From positions 58,900,001-58,964,000 of the forward strand of contig OX597832.1 of assembly GCA_951406725.2 (NCBI GenBank): DNA of 64,000 bases, given 5' to 3'. Shown here piece after piece: positions 23,960 through 38,719 of this stretch; position 1 is the first letter of the stretch; every line of letters starts with the position of its first letter. This DNA comes from Octopus vulgaris (lineage: Eukaryota). Below the pieces are notes generated by a model. The model searched no databases. It saw nothing but the letters and a program-made list of their open reading frames with translations, and was not told the origin of the DNA. The position numbers were made by a program, and so were the translations under genes.

Positions 23960-24320
23960 AACACCGTTCTTCGTCTTCCATTTACTTGCTAGAATGTGTT
24001 TGTTAACTTGACAAGATCAAGGTGAGCTCTGATTGGCTGTATGCAAATGGCATTATTACTGCTGTCCGGAACTCTCGTGGGAAATAATTTCGCGTCCCGC
24101 GACGTTGTACGCCATGTCTTCCATGGTCTTCTTCACCATGATGGTAGCATGTCTCTCATGCAGTAATCGAAGTACACAAACAGTAAACCATATCCGCCCT
24201 TTAGTCACCGCGTCCTGCAAACTTCCCTTGACAGTTTTTATTATCGACTCTTCATTTCTCACGCTCTCCTAGTAAGAGATTCTCAGACAGCACCAATGAA
24301 ACATGTCCAGCAAATAAGAC
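23960..24320 (-). mobile_element. RTE-clade LINE 3' region, decayed
   Basis: Minus strand reads LDMFHWCCLRI...VRNEESIIKTVKGSLQDAVTKGRIWFTVCVLRLLHERHA, resembling the RTE C-terminal FxxxCLRxI...VxNEE...RLRWxGHVLR pattern. Confidence 0.6.
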
Positions 24321-24738
24321 ATCTTCGTTGTCTTCCTTTAGGTTTTTATAGATGTAGATGGCTGTTTGTATAACAATAGACGAGTATAACTGCAGCTCAT
24401 ACTTTCTTGCTGATGGTCTTCAATCTCCTCGTTTACCAAGACGTTCAGATACTGACGTTGCTCTACCTATCTTTGTGTCATTAAAATTAAAAGAAAATTC
24501 TAAGCGAATTTTATCGTGGAAAAGCAAGTGTAAGGAATCATGTATATTTTTATTTAAATAAGCTACCGGTTTCAGACGTTATGAAAAGACAGCTATTTAT
24601 GCAGAAATAACAGGAAAATACATCGATTTAAATCAAGTAAAATTAATATTTCCGAATATCAGCTCTACAAGGTCATATATGTTTCGTAAAGACACACATA
24701 GTATTGCTGATTTGGTTTCTTCTAACTGGTACAGGGTT

Positions 24739-24789
<51 letters not shown>

Positions 24790-25049
24790 TTGAAGCAGAA
24801 GCAGAAGCAGCAGCGGCAGTAGCCGTCGTGGCTATTAGTGAAAGAGGTAGCAAGCTATTTGTGAAAGAGATAGTCAGAAGCTGTAGAAGCAGGGATCTGT
24901 GTGAAAACTTTTAGTAACATTTTTAGCATGCGCGTGCACACACAGAGACACAGACACACACATACGCACATACACACATACATACAAACACACTCAGTTG
25001 ATTATCAGTGTACTGGCATGTGTTTCTCACTTACTAGTTCAAATACTAG

Positions 25050-25365
25050 CGGAATTTGAACTCAGAACGTAAAGACAGACAAGATATCGCTATGCATTTC
25101 GCCCGGCGTACTAATGTTTCTGCCAGCCCGCTACCTTGAGTATCTACTAATATTACACTCATGTGGGGCGGGGAGCTTGCAGGGGAAATGCTTAGCAGTA
25201 TTTCGTCCGTCCTTACGTTCTGAGATCAAATTCTGCTGAGGTCGACTTTGTCTTTCATCCTTTCGGTGTTGATAAAACTAAGTACCAGCTTAGCCCTGCG
25301 GTCGATATCATTGACTTACCCCACCACACAACAAAAACTACAGGCCTTCTAACAAATTGGGAGAC
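25050..25365. mobile_element. Head-to-head inverted pair of SINE family C copies
   Basis: 25050-25137 (minus, head half) and 25165-25365 (plus), about 28 nt apart. Confidence 0.8.
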
Positions 25366-26023
25366 AAATATTACACCCCCCCGCCACACACACACATATA
25401 TGTATATATACATACACATGTGCGGGTGACTGTGGGTAATTACATTAAATTCAAGATCCACCTTGGTATCTACTGGTACAACTTCGATTATACTCGTATA
25501 TATTTAAATATATACGAGTACGATATTTCGATTGTGCTGCGTTCATATTTGGATTGTTCTACTCAGACTATTTCGCTGCTTTATCAAACACTCACGCAGT
25601 AAACCATTAACGTATGAAGAAATGATAAAGCATTGTATGTATTATATAACACAAATCAAACAATATTGAACCACTTCGATCAGGTGTTGATCGCTGTGTA
25701 TTGTTAGCAATTATGAGATAATTATTAGGTGAGAAATCAAATAAGCTACTTGATGTAATTCTTGATTGTTTCTTTCCGTCGACCATCAGAAAAACAGCTC
25801 CACGTTCTGTCTCATCCTTCGGAATTTATCTTCTTCGAATCTACTACGGTTATCGAACATATTGCAGAATAATTGTTCGCTTTTTCTCTAGTAACAAAAA
25901 GTATTAGACCAGCGAAACTTTGGCGTCTAAAGCAATTTTAATCAGATGTTTGTTTTAGTATTTGATTAAATAACTAAATATCTAATGTGTATGCATTATG
26001 CTCTTTCTTGTTCATTGTCTCCG

Positions 26024-26150
26024 TGAGGGTGCATGACTCAGTAGTTAGGGTATTGCAGTCACGATATTCAGATCGCGGTTTCAATTCCTGACCTGTGGAG
26101 CTTTATGTTCTGGAGCAAAACAGTTCATCTCACTTTGCACCGCGATCACT
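26024..26150 (+). mobile_element. tRNA-headed SINE fragment (family B-like head)
   Basis: GAGGGTGCATGACTCAGTAGTTAGGG...GATCGCGGTTTCAATTCCTG. Confidence 0.55.
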
Positions 26151-26425
26151 TCGACACTTGATATTCAATATCTCTTACAAATATTTCTATATTTAAAAGG
26201 AGCTGTCATTCTCAGCTGTTGCTATCAACTATCAGTCAGTGATTTGCCTACACTAGCAGTTGAAAGTGTGTTTACACCAACAGTTGGAGAGTGACTGTTA
26301 TTGCTGCTGCTATAACGCTGAGGAGTTTAAGGTGGCGCAATCGGTGTAACTGGAAATTTCTAGACTCCTTCCTTCTGAGGATGGACTTTTGTGCTTAAAA
26401 TATATACGTCTTTGTAGGAATTTCT

Positions 26426-26837
26426 GCAGGAGTGGCTATGTGGTAAGTAGCTTGCTTATCTACCACATGTTTCCGGGTTCAATCCCGCAGTGGCACCTTG
26501 GACAAATGTCTTCTACTATAGCATCGGGCCGACCAAAGCCTTGTGGGTGTATTTGGTAGGCGGAAACTGAAAGAAACCCGTCGTATATATGCATATGTAT
26601 ATATATATATATATATATACATATGTGTGTGTGTGTGGGTGTGTGTGTGTTTGTCCCCCCAACATCGATTGACAACTGATACTGGCGTGTCTACGTCCCC
26701 GCAACTTAGCGGTTCGGCAAAAGAAACCGCTAGAATAAGTACTAGGCTTACAACGAATAATTCCTGGGGTCAATTTGCTCGACTAAAGGCGGTACTCCAG
26801 CATGGCCGCAGTCAAATGACTGAAACAAGTAAAAGAG
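26426..26837 (+). mobile_element. SINE family A, full length
   Basis: GCAGGAGTGGCTATGTGGTAAG...GGGTTCAATCCC...(TA)n(TG)n...CCAGCATGGCCGCAGTCAAATGACTGAAACAAGTAAAAGAG. Confidence 0.92.
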
Positions 26838-27039
26838 TATTGTTAAACGCTTTCTTATTTTCCCATTTCGTTTCCTTCTTCAATACGACAACGCTTCCAG
26901 CGAACTACAAGGCTCTTAATTATTATGTAGTTACGATTGGGCTATTTCTGTCTCTAAGGATGTGCGTTATATGAATAGCTTTTCTTTCAAATGTGTTTCT
27001 CCAATTCTCTTTTCGAAGAAACATGTATATGTTATTTTA

Positions 27040-27400
27040 AAAGTCAGATAATTGAAAAAGCAAGTAAATATCTGGTACACTTACTATTGAACTTCGTCAA
27101 CTTTAAAGCTGCCTTCAATCGTATTTGTAGGGAAAAGCGTATCGAAGATGATGTTAGCTGTGCAGCGTCCATGGTTTGTCAGATGAGAGAGTTGTCTTAA
27201 TAAGTCATTGGAGTGCAACAAGGTTGTATTCTATTTCCCACACATTACAAAAATCTTCCTGCGTTTTGTAATAAAAGAACGCACAAGCTTCAAAGTTCTG
27301 ATTCTCTTTCATGCCCGTTTCACCCAACAGACTTTAGATATACTGTCGACATGAACCTAATAACCACCACTCTCATCGACAAAATAAAAAATATCCACCA
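27040..27400 (+). mobile_element. RTE-like LINE reverse transcriptase remnant
   Basis: QIIEKASKYLVHLLLNFVNFKAAFNRI (cf. FVDFxKAFD), IGVQQGCILFP (cf. GVRQGCILSP) and DFRYTVD (cf. YADD). Deleted and frameshifted. Confidence 0.7.
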
Positions 27401-27624
27401 AACAGAAGAATCAAAACGACATAAAACGCAGGTAATCTAAAGCAAAAATGCATTTATGATTCCACAGGACATCCCATAATTAGAGTTAGCGAGATATTTT
27501 TCATCAAAAGATGGTTGCTATTATTTGGGTTTGCGATGCAAAAATAAAAGAATGAAAGAAGGGACGGAAGCTAACATCTAATTCATGATATAATGGAAGT
27601 GTGTGTGGTATGGTTATGTCCTAC

Positions 27625-27655
<31 letters not shown>

Positions 27656-27919
27656 TGTATGTATGTATGTATGTATATATTCATGTATGTATGTATATAT
27701 GTATGTATGTATGTATGTGTGTATGAGTATACATATATATACGCATATATATATATATGCATACGCATATATATATGTATATGTATATATATATACATAG
27801 GTATGTATATGTGCTTGTGTGTGCGTATGTAAGCCTGCATACTTATAGTTACGCGAAGATCACAGTAAATATCTATCTACCTATCAATCGATCATTCAAT
27901 CACTCAATCAGTCTATCTC

Positions 27920-28027
<108 letters not shown>

Positions 28028-28148
28028 ATATATATATACATCGACGCGTGCACACAAAGTTATGTGCACTAATGTATTTATCTAACTATATACATGTATA
28101 TGTATGTACGCGTATATGGTGCACACGAACGTATACCTGTGTGTGTGT

Positions 28149-28185
<37 letters not shown>

Positions 28186-28824
28186 TATGTAACAGTACGC
28201 ATACAGTGTGTGCTTTTACATATGTACATATACACATAAGTATGTAATATAATATATATGCATGCGTGCGAGCATTCATGTTTTAAAAATAGACATGGTT
28301 CGTTTCAAAATATGCTGCAACCTGGAATCCTTTAATCTCTGAATATAAGTCTTTGTAGTTTCCTAAATCACCTTCCGCTATACAATAATCTATAAGCATT
28401 TTGGTGCATACCACTGTGTCTTGGAGTAATACTCTTCGATAGAATGCCAAACAAATTCCATTTTAACCGTTCCATTTCTTCCTACATCAGCAGATTACTT
28501 TGTTTTCGTTATAATTTTTTTTGTAATTCGCATTATATTTTATTCTCTTTCCAAATCATTCTTATCTCACTGGATTTCTCGTTAGTTCCATTATTTTTTT
28601 TGTATATTTATTTTGTATCATTATTGTTTTATGTTTTTGTATTTGTTTCATGATATCTGTTCCTCTTTTAAATTTCATTTTATTTCATGCAGAATATAGA
28701 ACAAACTAAAAAAAAAATTTTAACTTCAAAGTAAACTTTGGCATATATTAAAGGGTGTTGCTATATAAGCGTATAAGCAACGACATTGTAATGAGTTGAG
28801 GGAGTATATATATATATATATATA

Positions 28825-28859
<35 letters not shown>

Positions 28860-28973
28860 AATCAGTATATATATTTGTGTATAAGTACACGAGCACGTGC
28901 GTAACCAGACAAACATATATATGTTTATATCATATACATATATGTGTGTGTGTATGTGTGTATATATATATAC

Positions 28974-29064
<91 letters not shown>

Positions 29065-30316
29065 CACACACACATACATATACATACACACATACATGGA
29101 TACATGCTTACAAACTTAAACACATACATACATGCACATATGTAATTATTCGGCAAATGACTTTAAAACGCGAAACTACGATCCCCACCGCCCGAAAAAA
29201 AAGAACCAAAAAAAAAACAATGCGCATTCTACTATATCGTTCTACTAAAAGGAACAAATTTCCTTGCAGAACTGTGAAGGAATCGGTAAAATATACATTT
29301 CTTCGTTTTTAGACATGCTTAGATATATGTTTTTTTTTTACTCCATGGGAAGACCGTAACGGAGCAGCTCCGTGACCAGATGTAATCCACCCGTAGCCAT
29401 GCCCTCTACTATTTCAGGAATATTACACCTTAAGATGTATCTTCATTTTCATGGGCTTCGTGCATCGATTTGCTAACCCCCATAGCGTGTCGTATGAAGG
29501 GCATTTGTGTCTTAATTTATTGCAAGTCGATCAGCTTCAGTTAGATGAGAAAGAGCAAATCATATTTTGTTATTGTTGTTGCTGGTGGTGGTGGTGTTGG
29601 TGGTGGTGGTGGTTGGGGTGGTGCCGGTGGCGGCGGTTTAGGCGGTGCTCTTGGTGGTGATCGTTTTTAGTCAAACCGCAGCTCTGATTCAGCAGTCTCA
29701 GGATAAAACAGAATCCAACCGTGACCACTTGATCATATTTGTTTTCCAGACAAAGTGGATTCCGGATAATGTTATTCAATTCTTTATCCTGTATCCAAAC
29801 ATTCGAGTATGATATGAAGACGATTTGACTTCTATTTCTAACAGTGCGACAGATTAAGTAAAGGTTTGTAAGAGGTTGAAGAGACGAAAATGAGAGGCAA
29901 ATTTGCAGAAGTTTTAGAGAGCTCGAAGAAAATGCCTTGTGGTATTTATTCTGTTCCAAGTACCAATACCCCCGAGGACAATTATGGGTGGTATTCTTGT
30001 AGTATCAAATTTCTTGTGGTGCCATAACAAGACAACACCCGAAGAACTATAGCCATTAACTGAATAAGATATGTGGAAGAGAGAGAAAGAGAAGAAAGAG
30101 AAAGAGAAGAAGGGAGAGAAAGCGAGAGAGGACAGAGGCAGAGGCAGAGAGACCTTGGTGGGAGATATGTAGAATGTATATAGGTTTCACACGGGTTTTT
30201 ATTTATCTGTATGTATGTATGTATGTATGTATGTATGTATGTATGTATGTATGTATGTATGTATGTATGTATGTATGTATGTATGTGTGTATGTATGTAT
30301 GTATGTATGTATGTAT

Positions 30317-30883
30317 GTCATTGTTCAGTTTCATTTCAAGATTTTTTGCCAATAGAGAAAGAACCGGTTTCTAACCTAAATCCAAGGTTCCTTCATTGGA
30401 ATTTCAGCGTCAACAACTATGTATGTATGTATGCATATGTGCAGATTTGTATATTTTGCTTTATGCATGAATTTCCATGCATGTAGTTGCATATCTAGAC
30501 ATGCTCATATATATATATATAAATGATAAATTTCTGGGAAAGTTCTGTATGTATGTATATATGTCATTATTCAGTTTTATTTCACGATTTCTTGCCAATA
30601 GAGAAAGAGCCGGTTTCTGACCTAGATCCTAGGCACCTTGGAATGTCAACAACAAGGTATTTCTGTTTGTATGTATGTATGTATGTATGTATGTATGTAT
30701 GTATGTATGTACGTACGTATGTATGTATGTGTGTGTAAGTATGTATGGATGTATGAATGTTTTTATGTATGTGTATGTGCAGATTTGCATGTTTTGCTTT
30801 ATGTATGAATTCTTATGCCTATAGTTGCATATCTAGACATGCTCTTATATATTTAAATGATAAACTTCTGGAAAGTTCTGTAT
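30317..30883 (-). repeat. Two tandem diverged units interleaved with (TATG)n, Penelope-like footprint
   Basis: Units 30317-30550 and 30563-30883 share GTCATTRTTCAG...GCCAATAGAGAAAGARCCGGTTTCT and GTGCAGATTTG...TAGTTGCATATCTAGACATGCTC...GAAAGTTCTGTATG. Confidence 0.8.
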
Positions 30884-31038
30884 GTAAGTAGGTACGTATG
30901 TGTATGTATGTGTGTTGAAAATCTATGACTAAACAACTTACAAAATTATCGAACGTTTTAAGAGAGTAACGCAGAATGAAATGGAAATGAACAGACAAAG
31001 ACAGACCGATAGACTGACAGACAGCTTGATAGATAGAT

Positions 31039-31173
<135 letters not shown>

Positions 31174-31957
31174 ATGATAGATAGATAAGTAGATAAATAG
31201 ATAAATAGATAGATATGTAGATAGATAGATAGATACATACATACATACATACATACATACATACATACATAGATGGATAGATAGATAGATAAATAAATGA
31301 AGACAGTGAAGAGAGTTATGCAAAGATATACGTATGTATGTATGAGCATGAATTGTTACATATTGATGAACGTATATATGTACGTACTATTTATTCATGT
31401 ATGTATGTACATATATATGAATTTATGCATGTATGTATATGTGCATGTATGTATACATGTATGCATGTATGTATGCCTAAATGTATTGATGCATGTATGT
31501 ATTTATGCACATATGTACATGTGTGTGTATGTATATATGTAAACATGTATATGTGTATGTATTTATGTATACCTGTATGTATAGATGTATAGACACATTT
31601 ATGTATATATGTATGGACGCATGTTTGTATGTAATTATGCATGTATGTGCATGTATATATGTATAGATGTATATATATAAGTATACATATATATATATGT
31701 GTGTGTGTGTATGTATGTGTATGTGTGTGTTTGTGTGTGTATGTATATATGTAGATATGTAGTTGTTCATGTATTTATGTATGTGTGTATGTATAGATGT
31801 ATAGCTGCGTTTATATATGTATGTATATATGTATGAATGTATGTATGTATGTATGTATGTATGTATGTATGAATGTATGCCTGTATGTATGTTTGGACGC
31901 ATGTATAAAATATCTTCTTGCCGACATATTATTATAGCTTATTCTTCCGGGAAGCCC

Positions 31958-32200
<243 letters not shown>

Positions 32201-32378
32201 TTTTGCATAGGTCCAAGACCCAGATGCGAATGAGTGAAATCTGAAGTGGAAACGTGGGGAGCGATGGCGATATGCTGTGACGACAAGAGACAACATAAAA
32301 ACGGTATTAAAATTGTATCTGTTCTGCACAACCTCATACTACCGCTGATGTTGTTGTTGCTACAGCTGTTGTTCTTAT

Positions 32379-32410
<32 letters not shown>

Positions 32411-33233
32411 CTGCTGCTGATGCTGCTGTAAAGGCTTTTAATAGAGTATTGCAATAAAATTTTCAACGTCATCATTGCCGTCGTTTCACTTTCGTTTTCA
32501 ATGCATTAATTTTTGCGTGGTCGCTCTCCGTAGACAAATTGTGAACCGGAGCAATGCTAAGTAAGTATATCACTAAGAGTGAAAAACTAATCCCTTATGG
32601 CGTCGTTATTTGGACATGGGGAGGTAACTGACATTAAATCGAACTAAAAACATGGCGAGATCTAATTCAAACTGCAAAATAATACCAAAAAATAAAATAT
32701 ACAAAATTACATATATTGAATAATACATTATATTAAACAAAAGAACAAAAACAATAACAGAAAACAGAAAATATAAGCAATATAGATAAAGCAAAAAATA
32801 TATATATGTAAAGCATGGATATTTGTGTCATAGTCAGGTGACAGTAATAAGATGATGGCAGGCAAGGTTTCGTGATTAATAATCGGGATTAACATGCGAC
32901 CTTCATGTCTGTGTATTTTATACGCCATGACTGTCCCCACGTCTAGGATACACTAGATTTGATTTTGGTCTGACATTCGCCTTTCTAGGCACTGTTTCTC
33001 TCTATTTGCCACTTTGGTAATTTATCGTGAGATTGTAAGACAGTATTCCATTAGATGAAAGATTAAGTGATATATGTATACGTAGAGGTACATATAACAT
33101 GTCTGTACGTATATGTGTGTATATGTATATATTTATATATAAGATCTAGTGTATATGTGTTTATATCTAAATATACATGATATATATATATGTGTGTGTG
33201 TATGTGTGAATAAATAGATAGACAGAGAGACGG

Positions 33234-33316
<83 letters not shown>

Positions 33317-33536
33317 AAGAAAGAGAGAGACAGACAGACAGACAGACAGACTGAAAGCAAGTGCTTGTGTGAAACTTTATGAGAGTGCGTGTGTATTTTT
33401 GTGAGACAGTCTAAGCAAAATATATATACCGAAAGAGTTGATGCATACACGGTGAAAGAATATTAATGATTTAATGCAATGCTTGTTACAAATTAAGAAA
33501 GTGATCTATATATATGTATGTGTGTATTTGTATGTG

Positions 33537-33567
<31 letters not shown>

Positions 33568-34259
33568 ATATAAATAAAGATATATATGTATATACATTTA
33601 AATAAATATAGATAAATAAATATATATACGCAGACACACGCACACACACATATATATACATGTATATATATCTATGTATGTATTTATGCTTCAGACATAG
33701 ATAGACATTTGTGCAATATTTGTCACCGTTTCCTTTATGCAATTATAAATTAGACAGCGATGCAGACTTCTGTATCGCCGAGTAACCGAAGATTCACATG
33801 TTTCTATATATTTTATGATTTTTCCAGATTCACAAAGCGGAATGTAGCAGAGTTGCTGCTTCAGTCTTAATGGTCTAAAGTGACCCTATCGGACCCACTA
33901 CTTATTTCAGACTGTTAAATACTATCTTAGCGATCTCCCATTAGAAATCGCTAATTGTCAGCTAATTATTATCGAAAAAGAACGCTGCCATCATTGCATT
34001 CGAAGTTGGTCGCAAACAGTAGTAGGATGTTGCAAATATTACTGATCACCAAAGGAGTTGTTTATTTAGGAGTATATTACTCTCAAGTATTGTGGATTAA
34101 TCTGATAAATCTTTACCATGTCGGTGCTACAGCTTGACTCTGCCATTTCGAGATAAGCTCAACGGATAAAGCTCGTTTGTTGACCTAATCCGTCCATTCA
34201 ATAAGCAACGATTTGAAGCCGTTCTGCATTCTCTCATTTAATTCTTTCCTTTTCTTTTC

Positions 34260-34637
34260 TTTTATTTGTTTCAGTAATTTGACTGCGGCCAGGCTGGAGC
34301 ACCGCCTTTAGTCGAGCAAATCGACCCCAGGACTTATTCTTTGTAAGCCTAGTACTTATTCTATCGGTCTCTCTTGCCGAACTGCTAAGTTACGGGGACG
34401 TAAACACACTAACATCGGTTGTCAAGCGATGTTGGTGGGACAAACACAGACACGCAAACATATATATATATATATACGACAGGCTTCTTTCAGTTTCCTT
34501 CTACTGAATTCACTCTCAAGGCTTTGGTCCGCCCGAGGCTATAGTAGAAGACACTTGCCCAAGGTGCAATGCAGTGGGACTGAACCCGGAACCATGTAGT
34601 TGGTAAGCAAGCTACTTACCGCACAGTCAGTCCTGCG
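34260..34637 (-). mobile_element. SINE family A, full length
   Basis: Colinear with 5601-6055. Confidence 0.9.
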
Positions 34638-34916
34638 ACTGTCGAGAATTACTGACCTAGTTTTGGCGTTTGTGGTGATAATGAAAGATGTTGTAACTCT
34701 TGTTGTTGGTGATACTGATTATGATGGTGATGATAATGACAAGGAGGAGGAACACGATGACATAAAATCTACGAGGACGACCGTGACGGAGATGAAGGCG
34801 AGAACTCTTGTGTGATTTCTACTGCTGCTGCTTCTGTCGATGATAATAATGAGGACGGCGACAACGGCCAACGATGACAACGTCCAGGGAACATATTGTT
34901 ATTGTTGGTGTTGCAA

Positions 34917-35195
<279 letters not shown>

Positions 35196-35391
35196 AAAAC
35201 AATAATGAAGTTGTTGATGATTATGGAACAGAGGATAGTGTTGCTTTTTAATTAATTCCGAATTAGTATTAACTAATTATCAGTTTGTTCATGTAAATAA
35301 ACAGGAAATGATTTCAGGGAGATTTGACTGTTATTTCTAGGCTAGTCGCTTGACTATGCACAAGCCTTTTCGATTACATAATAATGGCTTC

Positions 35392-35590
35392 AAATTCTGG
35401 CGCAAGTATAGAAGTTTATGGAAAGGCACTAAAATCGATTAAATCAATCCCATTACTCAACTGGTACTTATCGTATCGATCCCGAAAAGACGAAAGGTAA
35501 AGATGATCCCGGTAGAATAATGTAAAGACGGAAGAAATGCCGCTAAGCATTTCATCCGGTGTGCTAACGATTCTGCCTGCTTGCCGCCCT
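35392..35590 (-). mobile_element. SINE family C, degenerate
   Basis: CAACTGGTACTTATCGTATCGATCCCGAAAAGACGAAAGG...GAAATGCCGCTAAGCATTTC...TTCTGCCTGCTTGCCGCC. Confidence 0.75.
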
Positions 35591-36056
35591 TTGATGGTAT
35601 GATATTGAGAATAATAACGATAGTATAGTAACAGTTACCATATTGAATTGGTATTAGATACTTCGGAATTTACTTTATCTAATGATGTATTGTGGAAGAT
35701 AATCCATACTCCTATTTTAGATACAATCCCTGTTTAAAGTCTAAGCCCTCGACAAAAAAAAAACCCTCAACAACGAAAAAAAAAGATTATAGAAGGCTTT
35801 CCTATCCGCGTTGGACACGAACCCACATCACTTTGTTAATGCGAGTAGTGCCCCAGATCACTCATCTGAAAATGGGTAACCCTACAGGGGACTAGCCTTA
35901 TGTTGGCCTGCTCGCGTTATTCGAAATCAAACCATAACATGAAGTGCATTGTGACGAGCGATGTATAACCACAACCGATAGTCTCGTGCAAATCGTGACA
36001 CCGTGATATACGTATATAAATATATCGTGTGTATATATACATGGATATATTTTTTT

Positions 36057-36216
36057 TTGTTTCAGTTATTTGAATGCGACCATGCTGGGGCACCGCCTTG
36101 GAATATTTTAGTCTATCAGTCTCTTTTGCCGAACCACTAATGTCACGTAAGTACACTGACACCGGTCTTTAAGTAGTTATGGGAGGGAAAAGCACAGACA
36201 AACACATTCACAAAGA

Positions 36217-36278
<62 letters not shown>

Positions 36279-36577
36279 GAGTGTTTATGGAGCGAAAACA
36301 CCTAAAGCTGCACGAGGTTCCGGCAGGGAAAGGGTGGCGAACCATGCCCTACTCTTTCACCACAACATTCTCTCCTTCTTTCTTGCTGTTTCTGTTGTAC
36401 CTGTATTTGAAAGGGCCAGCCTTGTCACACTCTGTGTCACGCTGAATCTCCCCGAAAACTACATTAAGCGTACACGTGTCTGTTGCGTGCTCAACCATTT
36501 GCACGTTAATTTCACTAGTAGGCTGTTCCGTTTATCGGATCAACTGGAACCCTCGTCGTCGTAACCGACGGAGTGCC

Positions 36578-36621
<44 letters not shown>

Positions 36622-36757
36622 TCGAGGCTCTCCTCTCGGTTTCCATGTTCCAAATCCACTCACAAGACTTCAGTTGCCCAAGGTGCTAAGTATTGTGACT
36701 GAACCGCAATCATATGGCTGATAAGCAAGTTCCTTACTACACAGACACGACTGCGCC
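36057..36757 (-). mobile_element. SINE family A interrupted by a nested SINE family B
   Basis: Family A tail at 36057-36215 and head at 36625-36757 (minus), separated by (TA)n tracts enclosing the family B copy. Confidence 0.75.
36276..36577 (+). mobile_element. SINE family B, 5'-truncated, nested in (TA)n
   Basis: TGTGAGTGTTTATGGAGCGAAAACACCTAAAGCT...GTCGTAACCGACGGAGTGCC with (TA)n on both sides. Confidence 0.85.
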
Positions 36758-36931
36758 TGTGTTCAAATATGTTAAAATCAGATAGAAAGCTAGTTAACTT
36801 TAAAGTGATAAATAAAAATATATATGTAGATTTATATAAATACGCATATGTATATTAAGATGGCCACGTGCATGAATGAGCGTTAAATATACTCAAATAA
36901 ATCTACACGATAACACATGCACTCCTAAGTG

Positions 36932-36984
<53 letters not shown>

Positions 36985-37532
36985 TATATCATTAGAGGTG
37001 CACTTCTATATTTTGGTATGACGTGTGCCTCAGCAGTTAGGTATATCTACGTGTGAAGATGGCGATTATAAATTGTAATGAAATCATTTTATATTCTCGT
37101 ATAAACAACAACAAGAGGAAGAAGGGAAGCCTAAGATATTTAAGCAAAATGTTTTCCGAATCCTCACAAGTAGCAATTGTCAAATTAATTACTGACCATA
37201 CCATATATAGCATCAACATATTTTATTGAGATACATTAGATTATTCAATGCTATGGGTAACGATATTGTTTTTATAACTTCGTTTCAATATAGACAAGTG
37301 TTTCACTCACACATTAAAATTCTAATAATTGCACTCCAACGGCTCGTTATCTTTATTGAGCTGTAGCCATCAATATAAATGTATGGCGGAGCAAACACAA
37401 AAATAGAATTGAAAGAGAATGAGACGAGTTTATATCGGTTATAGAAAGGAATAAATAAAAATTGTTGTAAAGAATTCGTTAAAATGATTACTTACTTTAT
37501 ATATATTACACACTGAGGACCATAAATTCTAT

Positions 37533-37625
<93 letters not shown>

Positions 37626-38140
37626 ATATATGTATGTGTATATATATATATATGTATATATATATATGAATGCACGAAAATGAATTTATGTGTATATAAT
37701 ACTTTTAATTGTGCTCCCACAAAAATTTTATAATATTTGTTATACAATGGAATGTGTAAACATTACTACGCGTTCAGAGAAAGACATATGCATTTACGTA
37801 TACACATACACACACAAACACACATAAAAGTAGGCATGTGCGCAAACATACACAAAATTATGTACGACTGTCTGGGTAGCGGGTTCGATCGCACTACTTT
37901 ACACTTTGAGCAAGTGTTTTCTGCTAAATAATTCGTAGGAATATCGGTCGATTTTGATAGACGAAATCTCTAAGAGAGACCACCTTTATGTGCCCATATG
38001 CGCATACACACACGCACACATACATACATGCATATACATATATATATATATATATATATACATACATACATACATACATACATACATACATACATACATA
38101 CATACATACATACACACATACATACATACATACATACATA

Positions 38141-38580
38141 CATAACCGGCTGGATGTTCTTGTTTGGGAAAGAAAAGTAAAGGCATGTAGCATGATAGAG
38201 GTCAGCTGTCCTGCAGATATAAATATATCTTTCGAAATGAAAGATGAAGAGGATTTCTACGGACAACTGCTTCGCAACCTCCAGCTTCTATATCCAGAAT
38301 ATGAATACATATTCATACCAATAATGATTTGGGCACTAGGTTTTGTTAGTAAATACTTAAAGGAGAATCTGGATAAACTGGGATTTTCAGGAAGAGAAAT
38401 TGACCGTCTGATTCTTATGTTACAGTTCAATTGTGAGAGGAACAGTAAAAATATGCAAGACTTTTCTCAAGTTGCAAATGTGAATTTATCTGTGTTAGCT
38501 ACATCCCTATCTTTGCTGAAAAACGGGTCCCTCCTCAGTGGAAGATTTATAATAATCACAAAACAGAAGAGACTTACAAA
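38141..38580 (+). mobile_element. R4/Dong-like non-LTR retrotransposon, RLE domain fragment
   Basis: HNRLDVLVWERKVKACSMIEVSCPADINI...YGQLLRNL...IPIMIWALG (PD..E restriction-like endonuclease pattern). After a frameshift it reads GTVKICKTFLK, with stop at 38481-38483. Confidence 0.75.
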
Positions 38581-38587
38581 CATACGT

Positions 38588-38683
<96 letters not shown>

Positions 38684-38719
38684 GTATATATATGTATATA
38701 TTCTTTTATTCTTTCATAC

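Noticed and set aside
24540-24600. GAAACCGG plus AATAAA PLE-like traces (also ~21510 and ~26375)
   Set aside because: The hammerhead core is too degraded to support a call.
29720-29840. IVFISYS resembling TIR-domain box 1 in a minus-strand ORF
   Set aside because: Only a 6-residue match; the downstream TIR pattern is absent and the ORF runs into a microsatellite.
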